The notes under the pieces: model-generated
Database searches by the model: none
What the model was told of the DNA's origin: nothing
What the model saw: only the letters and a program-made list of their open reading frames with translations
Shown here: positions 21,173 to 30,361 of the stretch, in pieces
How positions within the stretch are numbered: position 1 is the first letter of the stretch
Layout: each line of letters opens with the position of its first letter
IMG/VR virus record: IMGVR_UViG_3300016466_000841
Location: 1 to 64,000 of that record
Length of the DNA stretch: 64,000 bases
Direction: 5' to 3' (one strand)
Origin: a virus
Translations under genes and position numbers: made by a program

Positions 21173-22341
21173 TCAATTCTATGGCTGGTGTAAAATGTTT
21201 TTAATCCGTCGCACGGCTGTTTGACATCTCTGAGCCAATGCAAAGGCACACCACGATAGTGTTGCGCTAAAAAATCGTGTTGCACCCGAAATAAGTTATC
21301 TTTGGTCCAAGATTCATCACGCTGGCTGTATACTGTAAACAGACCGGGCTTGCCAACAGTGAACATATCAAATTGAAAATTTGGATATACCAACCAATTT
21401 ACTATGTTTACATATTTGAGGCCGGTGGTAATTCCTTTGGACTTGAAAAAAGCCAACAGATCCGGTTCAACTACGGGATCATCCGATGTGATACGTTCTA
21501 GTTTCAAGGAAGGAAATTTTTCAACAAACTTACGCACTGTATGTATCTGCTTACAAATTAAATCACAACAGCTCGGATCCCAGTAAAATAATTCATCATG
21601 CTCCCAGGGCCTATTTTCAATCTGAGTTCGTGTTCCCATTGCCGCACTAATATAATCTGCGAATTGTACTACCAGTCGATTATAACGATCTCGTTTCAGT
21701 CGAGGCTTATCGGCTCCCCACACAAAAACTAATTTTTTTCCTTGTTCTATTAGATCCAAATAATCTCGTGTGCGTTCTCTGATGAATGTTTTAGCCAGAT
21801 GCATCGTAGATGAATGACTGTTTCCATAGTAAGCTCTTTTAAGGTTCCATGAGGAATCAGTCAGGATATCGTGTGCGATCTCAGAGAGGTCAATGGCACG
21901 ATGAAGAAAATCTATTCCTTTTTCCTTGAGTGATCGTATTTTAGGGAAACTTACCTTTGTTTGCTCGGCATGGAAATAAGTGTCGGGCCTCGAGTCAAGC
22001 CCGAAATAGTTCATCGTGGCCAATTCGTCGAAAGGTATGTTGTTTTCTACAAAGGTATCAACGATATTTTCAGAATCTATACCGCCACTGTAAAAAATAA
22101 CCACATGATCGTATTTTTCACGTATTTCTCTGGCACGGCGAGCGTAGAGTTCTTTTAAAGTTTCAACAGGCTCAACCGTCCAGTTGTAACTAGAATACTC
22201 CAGATCATTGAAGTGCCATCTTGGAAGTTTTTTTAGTTGATCAGCCAGCTCAATGGCTTCCATCTTGCTGTAGGTTTTGAAATCGCCCACAGTATAATAT
22301 CCAAATTTGTCTTTGTTGTTATCTAAAAAAAAAGATGTCAT
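21166..22341 (-). CDS. PP-loop protein, paralogue 2
   Basis: IFYSGGIDS; colinear with paralogue 1. Confidence 0.75.
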   Translation of the reverse strand: MTSFFLDNNKDKFGYYTVGDFKTYSKMEAIELADQLKKLPRWHFNDLEYSSYNWTVEPVETLKELYARRAREIREKYDHVVIFYSGGIDSENIVDTFVENNIPFDELATMNYFGLDSRPDTYFHAEQTKVSFPKIRSLKEKGIDFLHRAIDLSEIAHDILTDSSWNLKRAYYGNSHSSTMHLAKTFIRERTRDYLDLIEQGKKLVFVWGADKPRLKRDRYNRLVVQFADYISAAMGTRTQIENRPWEHDELFYWDPSCCDLICKQIHTVRKFVEKFPSLKLERITSDDPVVEPDLLAFFKSKGITTGLKYVNIVNWLVYPNFQFDMFTVGKPGLFTVYSQRDESWTKDNLFRVQHDFLAQHYRGVPLHWLRDVKQPCDGLKTFYTSHRIEC

Positions 22342-22373
22342 TGGATTTGAAAAGTTTTGATTTAAAAAATGTT

Positions 22374-22449
22374 TGGTGCCCCCACCATGATTCGAACACG
22401 GGACCTACTGATTACAAATCAGTTGCTCTACCAGCTGAGCTATAAGGGC
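22374..22449 (-). tRNA. tRNA-Thr(UGU)
   Basis: Cloverleaf, anticodon TGT, encoded CCA. Confidence 0.9.
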
Positions 22450-22461
22450 ATGTATTGATGC

Positions 22462-22638
22462 TTAACCTAAACCTGCGCCGTCACCGACATCACGGAGTTC
22501 GTTTTCGATATCAATATCATCGTCTTGAGATGTCGATGTATCTATAGACTTTTTTGGTCCAAAAATTCGATCAAAGTTTTCGGCGAACTCTTCTTGGCTA
22601 ACGGAAAACGGTCTCGGGGTGGATCCTTTACCGGACAT
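22462..22638 (-). CDS. Small hypothetical protein
   Basis: MSGKGSTPRPFSVSQEEFAENFDRIFG; AAGGAG SD. Confidence 0.6.
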   Translation of the reverse strand: MSGKGSTPRPFSVSQEEFAENFDRIFGPKKSIDTSTSQDDDIDIENELRDVGDGAGLG

Positions 22639-22653
22639 AATTAATTTATCTCC

Positions 22654-23226
22654 TTAGTCAAACCAGATGTTGTTATTTACACTCACTTGAAAACTCACAC
22701 GCACAGTTTCGATGTCTTGTACACCGTGTAACACCATGGCATTGAGAATCACCCAGCGACCAGTGGGGAATTGCACACGTTCCAACACACGCAGTCGACT
22801 GAAGTCGTTGCATACTGCCTGGCGTTTGGTGCGTACAATAGGCTCACCTTCTTCTTCGTAAAAGTATGTGGCGGTATTGGCTCCACCTGGCTCGATCAAG
22901 TATAGCATAGTAAAATCTCTTGTCAAGTCCGTGTGTGGGCCTTGATGTCGTCCCAGCCGTCCATTGGTGAAACTCACACCACAGTCAAATCCTTCGGGAT
23001 GGATATTTTCATGCACCCAATCATAAAACTCTTGATTGATATCCAAACGAGTTTGGTAAGTGACCGGTTCTTCTCGGCCGTCAATGATGAGCTTGCGGCT
23101 CTTGTACCAGTCGTCAAGATTGTCTTCGGGTCGATCGGTATCAACAAACTGTTTAAGGTCTAAGGCCGCATCAACGAAGTGTTGTGGCACCGGGGGAAGA
23201 TTTTTTAGCACTACATAGGTAAACAT
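22654..23226 (-). CDS. 2OG-Fe(II) oxygenase-like protein
   Basis: PHTD...LHGV...R double-stranded beta-helix motif. Confidence 0.7.
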   Translation of the reverse strand: MFTYVVLKNLPPVPQHFVDAALDLKQFVDTDRPEDNLDDWYKSRKLIIDGREEPVTYQTRLDINQEFYDWVHENIHPEGFDCGVSFTNGRLGRHQGPHTDLTRDFTMLYLIEPGGANTATYFYEEEGEPIVRTKRQAVCNDFSRLRVLERVQFPTGRWVILNAMVLHGVQDIETVRVSFQVSVNNNIWFD

Positions 23227-23242
23227 TTTAAAATCCTTCGAT

Positions 23243-23836
23243 CTAGTCAAACCAAACATTGTCAGCGATGCTGACTTGAAAACTTGTTCTTATAGTTTCG
23301 ATGTTTTCTACTCCATGCAGGATCATAACATTGAGAATGACCCATTTAGCGATGGGAAATTGTGCTCTTTCTATCAATTGCAGCCTGCTATAGTCATTGC
23401 AGACTGCTTGTCTGTCAGACCTTACTATTGGGTGCCCATTTTCTTTGTAGAAACAGGTGGCGGTATCGGGGCCTCCGGAATCTAGTAGATATATCAATGC
23501 AAAATTTCTTTTTAAATCAGTATGGGGGCCTTGATGACGGCCAAGGCGGCCATCGGTGAGGCTTACTCCGCAAGATCGTCCTTGGGGATGAATATTTTTA
23601 TGTACCCAATTGTCAAATTCTTGCCCAATATCTTTGCGTCTTTGATATGTGGTAGGTTCTTCCTTTCCGTCAATCAATAATTTTCGATTTTTGTACCAAT
23701 CGTCGTCGGAGGTCTTTTCAGATTTCCAGCCTAGGTCGAGCTCTTCGAGGTCTATGGATTTCCTTAGGTCGTAGGCGATGTCAACAAAATGCTGCGGCAC
23801 AGGAGGAAGATTTTTGAGCACCAAATAAGTAAACAT
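23243..23836 (-). CDS. 2OG-Fe(II) oxygenase-like protein (tandem duplicate)
   Basis: Highly similar to 22654-23226 over its whole length. Confidence 0.7.
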   Translation of the reverse strand: MFTYLVLKNLPPVPQHFVDIAYDLRKSIDLEELDLGWKSEKTSDDDWYKNRKLLIDGKEEPTTYQRRKDIGQEFDNWVHKNIHPQGRSCGVSLTDGRLGRHQGPHTDLKRNFALIYLLDSGGPDTATCFYKENGHPIVRSDRQAVCNDYSRLQLIERAQFPIAKWVILNVMILHGVENIETIRTSFQVSIADNVWFD

Positions 23837-23848
23837 TCACGCATCCTT

Positions 23849-24130
23849 TTAAAACCAGGCCATGGCCCGGCTGAATCCTAGTATATTAGCAGCTACAAAG
23901 TAACCTGTCAACAGCATGGGCCAGGCCAAGCGGCGGCGATAATAAGCGATAACAGCGGCCACCGACCCAACAAAAAATCCCGGATATACCAAACGCATGT
24001 CGGGGCTGGCTGCGCTCCATGCCAGGCTCATACTGGCAGCAACGGTGAATACAAAACTGATGATTTCAAGGTAAAAAGCTGTCTTATCACTGTGATAGCT
24101 TTGTTTCCAAAAATTTAATATGGTCTGCAA
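23849..24130 (-). CDS. Small membrane protein
   Basis: Three hydrophobic helices. Confidence 0.6.
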   Translation of the reverse strand: MQTILNFWKQSYHSDKTAFYLEIISFVFTVAASMSLAWSAASPDMRLVYPGFFVGSVAAVIAYYRRRLAWPMLLTGYFVAANILGFSRAMAWF

Positions 24131-24198
24131 AAGGAATTTCCGATATTGTGTGCCGTGTTTTTGACAAAGTCAATAAATACAGAAAATGGATTGAAAAC

Positions 24199-24366
24199 AT
24201 GGACTATAACATCTACATCAACAATCAGCTCTATAAAACAGTTTCTGGCGGTAATGGTTACAACTATGTTGAAATCATACAGGATATACAACGTGCTCGA
24301 GATGCCGGTGAACTGAGTTTATTTAACTTGGATTCTGGGTTGGCTGTTCGAGTCGAGCAACAATAA
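24199..24366 (+). CDS. Small hypothetical protein
   Basis: MDYNIYINNQ..., TAAATA upstream. Confidence 0.5.
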   Translation: MDYNIYINNQLYKTVSGGNGYNYVEIIQDIQRARDAGELSLFNLDSGLAVRVEQQ

Positions 24367-24470
24367 CTCGCTCTCAGTATTTAGTCCAACAATTGGGTTG
24401 AGTTTATTTGACCCACCATCAATGACAATTAAATAATAGTATCAAATTGTTATTCTACGATCAAAACACC

Positions 24471-25061
24471 ATGAACAAAAACTTTACCTACAGGCTCATG
24501 CCTGAACTTCCGGCTCCGCCACAGAGTCTCATTGACCTAGTGGATTTTGGTTTCCGCCCTGAATCCAATAATACATCCACCATGGGAACTCGAGAGCTCA
24601 AGGATTGGAAAGGCTACAATGGTCCTGCGCTAAGAAACATGCGCAGGATCGAAGAACCCTTCCAATCTGCTTTTGATACGTGGATCAAGGAAAACATAAC
24701 CAAGAACTATCAGAACTCCAGTCTCATGTATTGCCACGGTGGCGGCTTTGCTGCCGGAGCTACCAGCACCGGAGCACACACAGATTTCACCAGAGACTAT
24801 GTGCTCATGTACAATCTTGACACCGGTGGCGACGATGCCGAGCTGTTTTTTTGGAAAGAAAAAGGTCATGATCTAATCCGTCCTCGCGCAACACAATGCG
24901 GAGATTATCAATCCCTGGAAATGGTCGATAGCGTCCCGGGTCCTGCCAATGTCTGGTATCTCACCAATACCAGGATCCTGCACAGCACCGAAAATGTCAC
25001 TGGTGTGAGATTGAATCTGCAGATCAGCTTCGACAATGAAGTTCCGACAGAACTGCTATGA
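24471..25061 (+). CDS. 2OG-Fe(II) oxygenase-like protein
   Basis: AHTDFTRDY...LHSTENV..VR; homologous to the 22.6-23.8 kb pair. Confidence 0.7.
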   Translation: MNKNFTYRLMPELPAPPQSLIDLVDFGFRPESNNTSTMGTRELKDWKGYNGPALRNMRRIEEPFQSAFDTWIKENITKNYQNSSLMYCHGGGFAAGATSTGAHTDFTRDYVLMYNLDTGGDDAELFFWKEKGHDLIRPRATQCGDYQSLEMVDSVPGPANVWYLTNTRILHSTENVTGVRLNLQISFDNEVPTELL

Positions 25062-25606
25062 AGATAGCGATAACCGGTTCTACCTGGGGTATCGGAGAAT
25101 CCATTAGAAAAAAATTTCAAGCTCACGGACACGAAGTCATTGATTTCAGCCGTAGCCAAGGCTGGGACATCGCGGACCCTGCCATACAAGATCGCATAGT
25201 TCAGGCGATCGAAGACTGTGATGTCTTTGTCAACAATGCACACGCAGGTTTCGCGCAGGTCGATTTACTTTTCAAAGCACAGGAAAGTTGGCGCGGCAAA
25301 AAGAAAACCATAGTCAACATTGGCAGTTCTATCACCATGCGATGGGACACCCGCAATCGCGATCCCAGATACCGTAACGAAAAATTGGCACTGGATGATG
25401 CCTGTGAGTTTCTTTGGAATCGCGATGCTTGGCCGCAGATCATGTTGTTCAAACCCTGTGCCGCAGATACTGCCAGGATGGCACATTGGTCAGGAGAAAA
25501 AGTGTCTCCGGAAGAATTTGCCGAGTTTCTTTACCTTTGCTTGAGCCAAAAAAAATTCAGGGTCCAGCAGGTAGGCATTGCCATTAATCCCGCTGACCCT
25601 GAATAG
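25058..25606 (+). CDS. Short-chain dehydrogenase/reductase
   Basis: TGSTWGIG, VNNA, NIGS, YRNEK. Confidence 0.8.
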   Translation: MKIAITGSTWGIGESIRKKFQAHGHEVIDFSRSQGWDIADPAIQDRIVQAIEDCDVFVNNAHAGFAQVDLLFKAQESWRGKKKTIVNIGSSITMRWDTRNRDPRYRNEKLALDDACEFLWNRDAWPQIMLFKPCAADTARMAHWSGEKVSPEEFAEFLYLCLSQKKFRVQQVGIAINPADPE

Positions 25607-25612
25607 ATCTGT

Positions 25613-25771
25613 TTAACTTGGTACCAGTCGTGGCAAGTAAGGCACCGACCTAGGACCGTATAATTCCTGCAATCTACGACGTGCCTCTTGGGCCGAGTCG
25701 GCACCGATTCGAACTTTTATCTCTTCGGTGCCAGGTCCTGGTTGCCTCACAGTGGCTTCCCATAATTTCAT
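25613..25771 (-). CDS. Small hypothetical protein
   Basis: MKLWEATVRQ...AQEARRRLQELYG; AAGGA SD. Confidence 0.5.
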   Translation of the reverse strand: MKLWEATVRQPGPGTEEIKVRIGADSAQEARRRLQELYGPRSVPYLPRLVPS

Positions 25772-25782
25772 AATTATTTCCT

Positions 25783-26397
25783 TTAATCCACTATGGGACC
25801 GTTTCCGTTACGGAACCCAACGACACCACCCTCCTCTTGGATCCTCTTTATGACATCTTCAAATAGGATGGGAGCGAAGTCGGGTGTTTGCTCCACGCAC
25901 ACACAGTGATATCTCGGGTCAATCTCTGTGCTAGAATACAACACTTCGCCGGTTCTAGCGTCAACACCTCTCGCCTTCATAACTCTGTTGGCATGTAAGT
26001 GCCCATGGATGTTCACACCAAAACGACCAAGGCTGGCTTCATGTACAGGGATGTGACTTAAGATCATTCCGTTCATGACATGGTAAGCACGTAACTCTCT
26101 GAAGTACTGCCGGTACTCATCGTCACGGAAGATGTCATGATTACCGCGGATGAGAACTTTGTCACCGTTGAGGCGGCTGAGCGTTTGCAATGCTCGTCTA
26201 TTGATAACAACATCGCCTAGGTGATAGACTTTGTCGTTGGGCTTCACACGGGCGTTCCATGCGGCAATCATGGCTTCGTCCATCTCTGCAGGATCATCCC
26301 AGGGACGCAGTTTGGTCACACCATCATTGCGGGTAAAGCGACACACGCCTGCGTGACCAAAGTGCGTGTCACTGACTAAAAATACCGCCGGCATCAT
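25783..26397 (-). CDS. Calcineurin-like metallophosphoesterase
   Basis: SDTHFGH, HLGD, GNHD, HGHLH. Confidence 0.9.
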   Translation of the reverse strand: MMPAVFLVSDTHFGHAGVCRFTRNDGVTKLRPWDDPAEMDEAMIAAWNARVKPNDKVYHLGDVVINRRALQTLSRLNGDKVLIRGNHDIFRDDEYRQYFRELRAYHVMNGMILSHIPVHEASLGRFGVNIHGHLHANRVMKARGVDARTGEVLYSSTEIDPRYHCVCVEQTPDFAPILFEDVIKRIQEEGGVVGFRNGNGPIVD

Positions 26398-26408
26398 CGC
26401 CTCCTTTC

Positions 26409-26936
26409 TTAAACGTCTTGGTTGTTATTAAAACGATATTTGCGTCTTGCATCAGCAAGTGTAAACACCTTTTCGTTGTCGTTGGTCCAGTCTTCGTCGA
26501 CAGGAGACCCGTTGATCGTGTGAGGCTCCTGTTCGTCATAGGTCCAACCTAAGGCCTTCATCATACGATGTTTGACTACTAGATTAGGGCTACGAAAAAC
26601 TTCAGTATCATTGAACCCCATCATGACACCTACTTCGCAGACTGCCCCAGATCGGCAGATACCAGCATGACAATGTACCACAACGTGCATACGCTTTTCC
26701 AGTGCATGTTGTAATAGTTGCACCAGTTGATCAGCTTGTGCCTGAGTACAGGCAAACTCATGATCGTGTTCTTCAATATCAAGAAACTCAAATTGATGAA
26801 CTTCCTTAAATTGTTTCAAGGGAGCAGGGAACTCGTATGCTGGATCTACAATTTGGATCAGCATACTGTTTTCTCCTGCATCGAAGTGACGAGCACTTTT
26901 GATATCGATGATCGATACATTTTGTATCCAAGGCAT
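26409..26936 (-). CDS. Cys-based protein tyrosine / dual-specificity phosphatase-like protein
   Basis: VHCHAGICRS (CX5R). Confidence 0.85.
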   Translation of the reverse strand: MPWIQNVSIIDIKSARHFDAGENSMLIQIVDPAYEFPAPLKQFKEVHQFEFLDIEEHDHEFACTQAQADQLVQLLQHALEKRMHVVVHCHAGICRSGAVCEVGVMMGFNDTEVFRSPNLVVKHRMMKALGWTYDEQEPHTINGSPVDEDWTNDNEKVFTLADARRKYRFNNNQDV

Positions 26937-26954
26937 AGGTTACTCCTAAAAATT

Positions 26955-27030
26955 TGGTAGCGGGGGCAGGATTCGAACCTGCGATTCTCGGCTTATGAGA
27001 CCAAGCGGATAACCACTTCCATACCCCGCG
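26955..27030 (-). tRNA. tRNA-fMet(CAU), initiator-like
   Basis: CGCGGGG 5' end, 1:72 mismatch, anticodon CAT. Confidence 0.85.
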
Positions 27031-27101
27031 TCTCGGGTTCGTCGCTAAATAATTTTATATTATATTTCCTAAGTTGTAATCCAGTCAACCATACAAATTC
27101 A

Positions 27102-28268
27102 ATGAATAAAATATTAAACCCAAAAAAAGATCGTTTTGGTTTTTATCTTGTCAACGGCTTTAAAACCTACAGCAAGGTCGAGGCTCTCGAAATAGCGACA
27201 GCGACCAATCATCCAGTAAAATGGATTTTCAATGACCTAGAATTTTCATCTCACGATTGGACCAAAGAACCAACCGAATCTCTGCCGGAATTGTATGCCG
27301 CGAGAGCTCGGCAGATTAGAGAATCCTATGACCACGTCGTGATATTCTATAGTGGCGGAGCCGATTCAGGCAATGTAGTCAACAGTTTTGTAGACAACGG
27401 AGTTCCATTTGAAGAAATAGCCACTTACAACTATTGGAAGGCCGATCCAAGAAAAGATACATACTTCCACGGCGAACAAACAAAAGTCAGCTATCCCCGT
27501 ATCAAAGAACTGCAGGACCGTGGTATTAAATTTTTACATAGACCCATCGATCTTTCTGACATAGCCTATGACATCTTCACGGATGATTACTGGTCGACCA
27601 ATCGGGCTTATTATGCCAATGGCCATTGGGGAATGACTCATCTAGCAAAAAGTTATATCAGAGAACGAGTCGACGATTATAAAAAAATAATTGAAAGCGG
27701 AAAAAAATTGGTATTTGTTTGGGGCAGCGAGAAACCCAGGATAACCTATAAACAATCCACAGACCAGTATTTTTTTAGATTTGTCGACAACATCGACAAC
27801 GGAATAAGCACTCGACAATTGCTACTATCTCGGGAAGAGGAACATGACGAATTGTTTTACTATAATCCCAATTGCGCCAAGCTACTTTGCAAACAAGGAC
27901 ACACGATCATGAATTTTTTTCGACAACACAAACAAATGGAAGTAGAGCAATTATACACAGAAACAAAATTACCCGACATAAACTTCATGTTCGACAATTC
28001 TGTCACCGACGATGGTCTCTTCTATAGAAATTTATTGAATTGGTTAATATATCCTAAATTTGATTTCCAGATGTTTACCTTGGGAAAACCATGGAGTGCA
28101 GTCTACAGCCCCAGAGATGAAGTTTGGAGCAAAGACATAGTTTTTTCTTCCCAGATCAACAACCTAGCAGGACATCTTTCAAGTCTTGATAAAAAATGGT
28201 GGAGAGATCCCAACGATATCAACAAAGGGTTAACACACATCATGTCGCGACCATATGCTTTGTGCTGA
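27102..28268 (+). CDS. PP-loop protein, paralogue 3
   Basis: IFYSGGADS; opposite strand to the tRNAs; TAAATA upstream. Confidence 0.75.
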   Translation: MNKILNPKKDRFGFYLVNGFKTYSKVEALEIATATNHPVKWIFNDLEFSSHDWTKEPTESLPELYAARARQIRESYDHVVIFYSGGADSGNVVNSFVDNGVPFEEIATYNYWKADPRKDTYFHGEQTKVSYPRIKELQDRGIKFLHRPIDLSDIAYDIFTDDYWSTNRAYYANGHWGMTHLAKSYIRERVDDYKKIIESGKKLVFVWGSEKPRITYKQSTDQYFFRFVDNIDNGISTRQLLLSREEEHDELFYYNPNCAKLLCKQGHTIMNFFRQHKQMEVEQLYTETKLPDINFMFDNSVTDDGLFYRNLLNWLIYPKFDFQMFTLGKPWSAVYSPRDEVWSKDIVFSSQINNLAGHLSSLDKKWWRDPNDINKGLTHIMSRPYALC

Positions 28269-28270
28269 TA

Positions 28271-28467
28271 TGAGTTAGAGTCAAAGGCACCGTCCTGTGT
28301 TTAAAAGGGTTCACTCATCGTCGTCCCTTCCCCACGAACATACTCATCCTGTAGCCAGCAGGCACGCCCGGATAATGGGTGTAGCGGCCCGGGGTGGATC
28401 TCTCCCCTAACGGTTGGGGTATGGCTGGCTAAGCCGTTCTTTCGCTCACGCCTTTGACTCTAACCCA
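28271..28467 (-). ncRNA. Candidate ~200-nt structured ncRNA
   Basis: Terminal inverted repeat GTTAGAGTCAAAGGC/GCCTTTGACTCTAAC and internal TAGCCAGC/GCTGGCTA helix. Confidence 0.6.
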
Positions 28468-28471
28468 CGAT

Positions 28472-28556
28472 TGGTGCGACTGGCCAGAATCGAACTGGCA
28501 CGCCCGAAAGCGAGAGATTTTAAGTCTCTTGTGTCTACCGATTTCACCACAGTCGC
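28472..28556 (-). tRNA. tRNA-Leu(UAA)
   Basis: Class II cloverleaf, anticodon TAA. Confidence 0.9.
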
Positions 28557-28557
28557 T

Positions 28558-28640
28558 TGGTGCCCCAGGAGAGACTCGAACTCTCACGCACTAGGCACCG
28601 GTTCCTAAGACCGGCGTGTCTACCATTCCACCACCAGGGC
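28558..28640 (-). tRNA. tRNA-Leu(UAG)
   Basis: Anticodon TAG. Confidence 0.9.
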
Positions 28641-28842
28641 ACGGTGTATTCTCTGATTATACAGCAAAGAAAAAAAGAAAACAATCAAATTGGATGGGAA
28701 AATACTAAAATAACCAATCACAGGATTTGCTGAAAGTGATCATGTAATAGCATCCAAGAAATTCTCCGGTATAATAAAGCACGACCATCAGCAACGCCAT
28801 CGCTGCTATTATGAATTTTTCTTGCATGACATTTTCCTTGAT

Positions 28843-28921
28843 TGGTGCCGACTCCTGGAATCGAACCAGGTTCCCGGGCTCTTCAGACCCGTGCTGAAAT
28901 GACCACACTAGCTCAGTCGGC
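28843..28921 (-). tRNA. tRNA-Phe(GAA)
   Basis: Anticodon GAA. Confidence 0.85.
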
Positions 28922-28932
28922 AAATTATTTTT

Positions 28933-29009
28933 TGGGGTGAAGGACGAGAGTTGAACTCGCTCTACCTGTTTCACAGACAAGTGTGCTGAACCGTTACACT
29001 ACCAACACC
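28933..29009 (-). tRNA. tRNA-His(GUG)
   Basis: Anticodon GTG, G-1:C73; two mismatches in the acceptor stem. Confidence 0.8.
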
Positions 29010-29024
29010 ATGGGAATCTTCTGT

Positions 29025-29099
29025 TGGCCTCGCTGCCCAGAATCGAACTGAGATCTTGACCTTAGGAGTGTCGTGTTCTATCCGTTGAACTACAGCGAG
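29025..29099 (-). tRNA. tRNA-Arg(CCU)
   Basis: Anticodon CCT; imperfect anticodon stem. Confidence 0.75.
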
Positions 29100-29100
29100 A

Positions 29101-29340
29101 TCAAGCCCAAGTCATCACAAACAATAATCTATCTTGATCCCATCTAAATCCCACGCCGATTCGGTGGGTGTAACCAGAGTCTGCCCATGCCCAATGGCTG
29201 AAGTGTGGCCCGACATTGAGCAACAGCCAATGCTCTATCGTCTCCACTCCTTGTACCCAATCGAGCTGATCTCGATCAGTCATGGGCCAAGGTACCGAAG
29301 CCAAATGATCAAACCCAGAATGTTCGACCAACATGCGCAT
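29101..29340 (-). CDS. Small protein related to the FxLRWS family
   Basis: Ends FRWDQDRLLFVMTWA; TAAATA 5 nt before the ATG. Confidence 0.55.
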   Translation of the reverse strand: MRMLVEHSGFDHLASVPWPMTDRDQLDWVQGVETIEHWLLLNVGPHFSHWAWADSGYTHRIGVGFRWDQDRLLFVMTWA

Positions 29341-29352
29341 GCAAATATTTAT

Positions 29353-29429
29353 TGGTCCGAGTGGAGAGATTCGAACTCCCGACCCTCTGCTCCCAAAGCA
29401 GATGCGCTACCAGACTGCGCTACACTCGG
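29353..29429 (-). tRNA. tRNA-Pro(UGG)
   Basis: Anticodon TGG. Confidence 0.9.
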
Positions 29430-29435
29430 ATGGGT

Positions 29436-29509
29436 TGGTGCCCCGGCGGTGAATCGAACACCGGACTCATGCTTACAAGGCAAGTGTTATACCACTTAAC
29501 TAACAGGGC
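29436..29509 (-). tRNA. tRNA-Thr(UGU), second divergent copy
   Basis: Anticodon TGT. Confidence 0.8.
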
Positions 29510-29561
29510 CGGACCATATAGAAACACACTCATTGACGTTGATCTCAAATGTGTTTTTATA

Positions 29562-29636
29562 TGGTAGGGGCGGGGAATTTCGAAATCCCGACTCTCTGGT
29601 TAAAAGCCAGATACTCTGCCTCTGAGTTACGCCCCC
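29562..29636 (-). tRNA. tRNA-Lys(UUU)
   Basis: Anticodon TTT. Confidence 0.85.
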
Positions 29637-29691
29637 AGAAATTTACCACTCTTGTCACTGGACATGACAGTCTCTCCTTTGAAAAAATGTA

Positions 29692-29767
29692 TGGCTGGGG
29701 ATGATGGACTCGAACCACCGAATGCCGGAATCAAAATCCGGTGCCTTACCAACTTGGCGAATCCCCA
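29692..29767 (-). tRNA. tRNA-Gln(UUG)
   Basis: Anticodon TTG, U1:A72. Confidence 0.9.
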
Positions 29768-29772
29768 ATGTA

Positions 29773-29848
29773 TGGTGGAGCCGACAGGGATCGAACCTGC
29801 GACATTCTGCTTGCAAAGCAGACGCTCTCCCAACTGAGCTACGGCCCC
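29773..29848 (-). tRNA. tRNA-Ala(UGC)
   Basis: Anticodon TGC, G3:U70. Confidence 0.95.
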
Positions 29849-29861
29849 ATATTTTAGAACA

Positions 29862-29936
29862 TGGCCCGACCGGAGGGAATCGAACCCCCATTATGGGCTT
29901 AGAAGACCCTTGTATTATCCATTATACGACGGTCAG
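29862..29936 (-). tRNA. tRNA-Arg(UCU)
   Basis: Anticodon TCT. Confidence 0.85.
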
Positions 29937-29942
29937 ATTGTT

Positions 29943-30017
29943 TGGTGCGGGATCACGGTTTCGAACCGCGGACCCTCTGAATGTAAATCAGATGCTCTAC
30001 CCCTGAGCTAATCCCGC
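29943..30017 (-). tRNA. tRNA-Val(UAC)
   Basis: Anticodon TAC. Confidence 0.9.
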
Positions 30018-30032
30018 TTTATATTTTTATTC

Positions 30033-30107
30033 TGGAGCGGGTAGTCGGATTCGAACCGACGGCATTTTCCTTGGCAAGGAAACATTCTACCCCTGAATTA
30101 TACCCGC
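30033..30107 (-). tRNA. tRNA-Gly(GCC)
   Basis: Anticodon GCC, U73. Confidence 0.9.
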
Positions 30108-30113
30108 ATCGTA

Positions 30114-30344
30114 CTATTTGACTTTATTGAGATACTCTCGACCATAACGGCCTTCCTGCAATTCCAACAATGCTGTTACCACAGGCAATGCATGACTGGT
30201 CAGCTGGCTTTCTTTGTGATGACGAGAGATTTCTCTGGCTCTCGCTGATGCCATAAGGATCATGTCATATTTGTTGCCGGCATTTTCTGAGCAACGTTGT
30301 ATGTCAAGCAATGGTGTGCGACTGGGTATGAGTTTGTTAGACAT
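30114..30344 (-). CDS. RNA polymerase omega subunit-like protein
   Basis: NKYDMILMASARAREI...PVVTALLELQEG matches the RpoZ core pattern. Confidence 0.7.
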   Translation of the reverse strand: MSNKLIPSRTPLLDIQRCSENAGNKYDMILMASARAREISRHHKESQLTSHALPVVTALLELQEGRYGREYLNKVK

Positions 30345-30361
30345 GTTGTTTCCTTTGTGTG

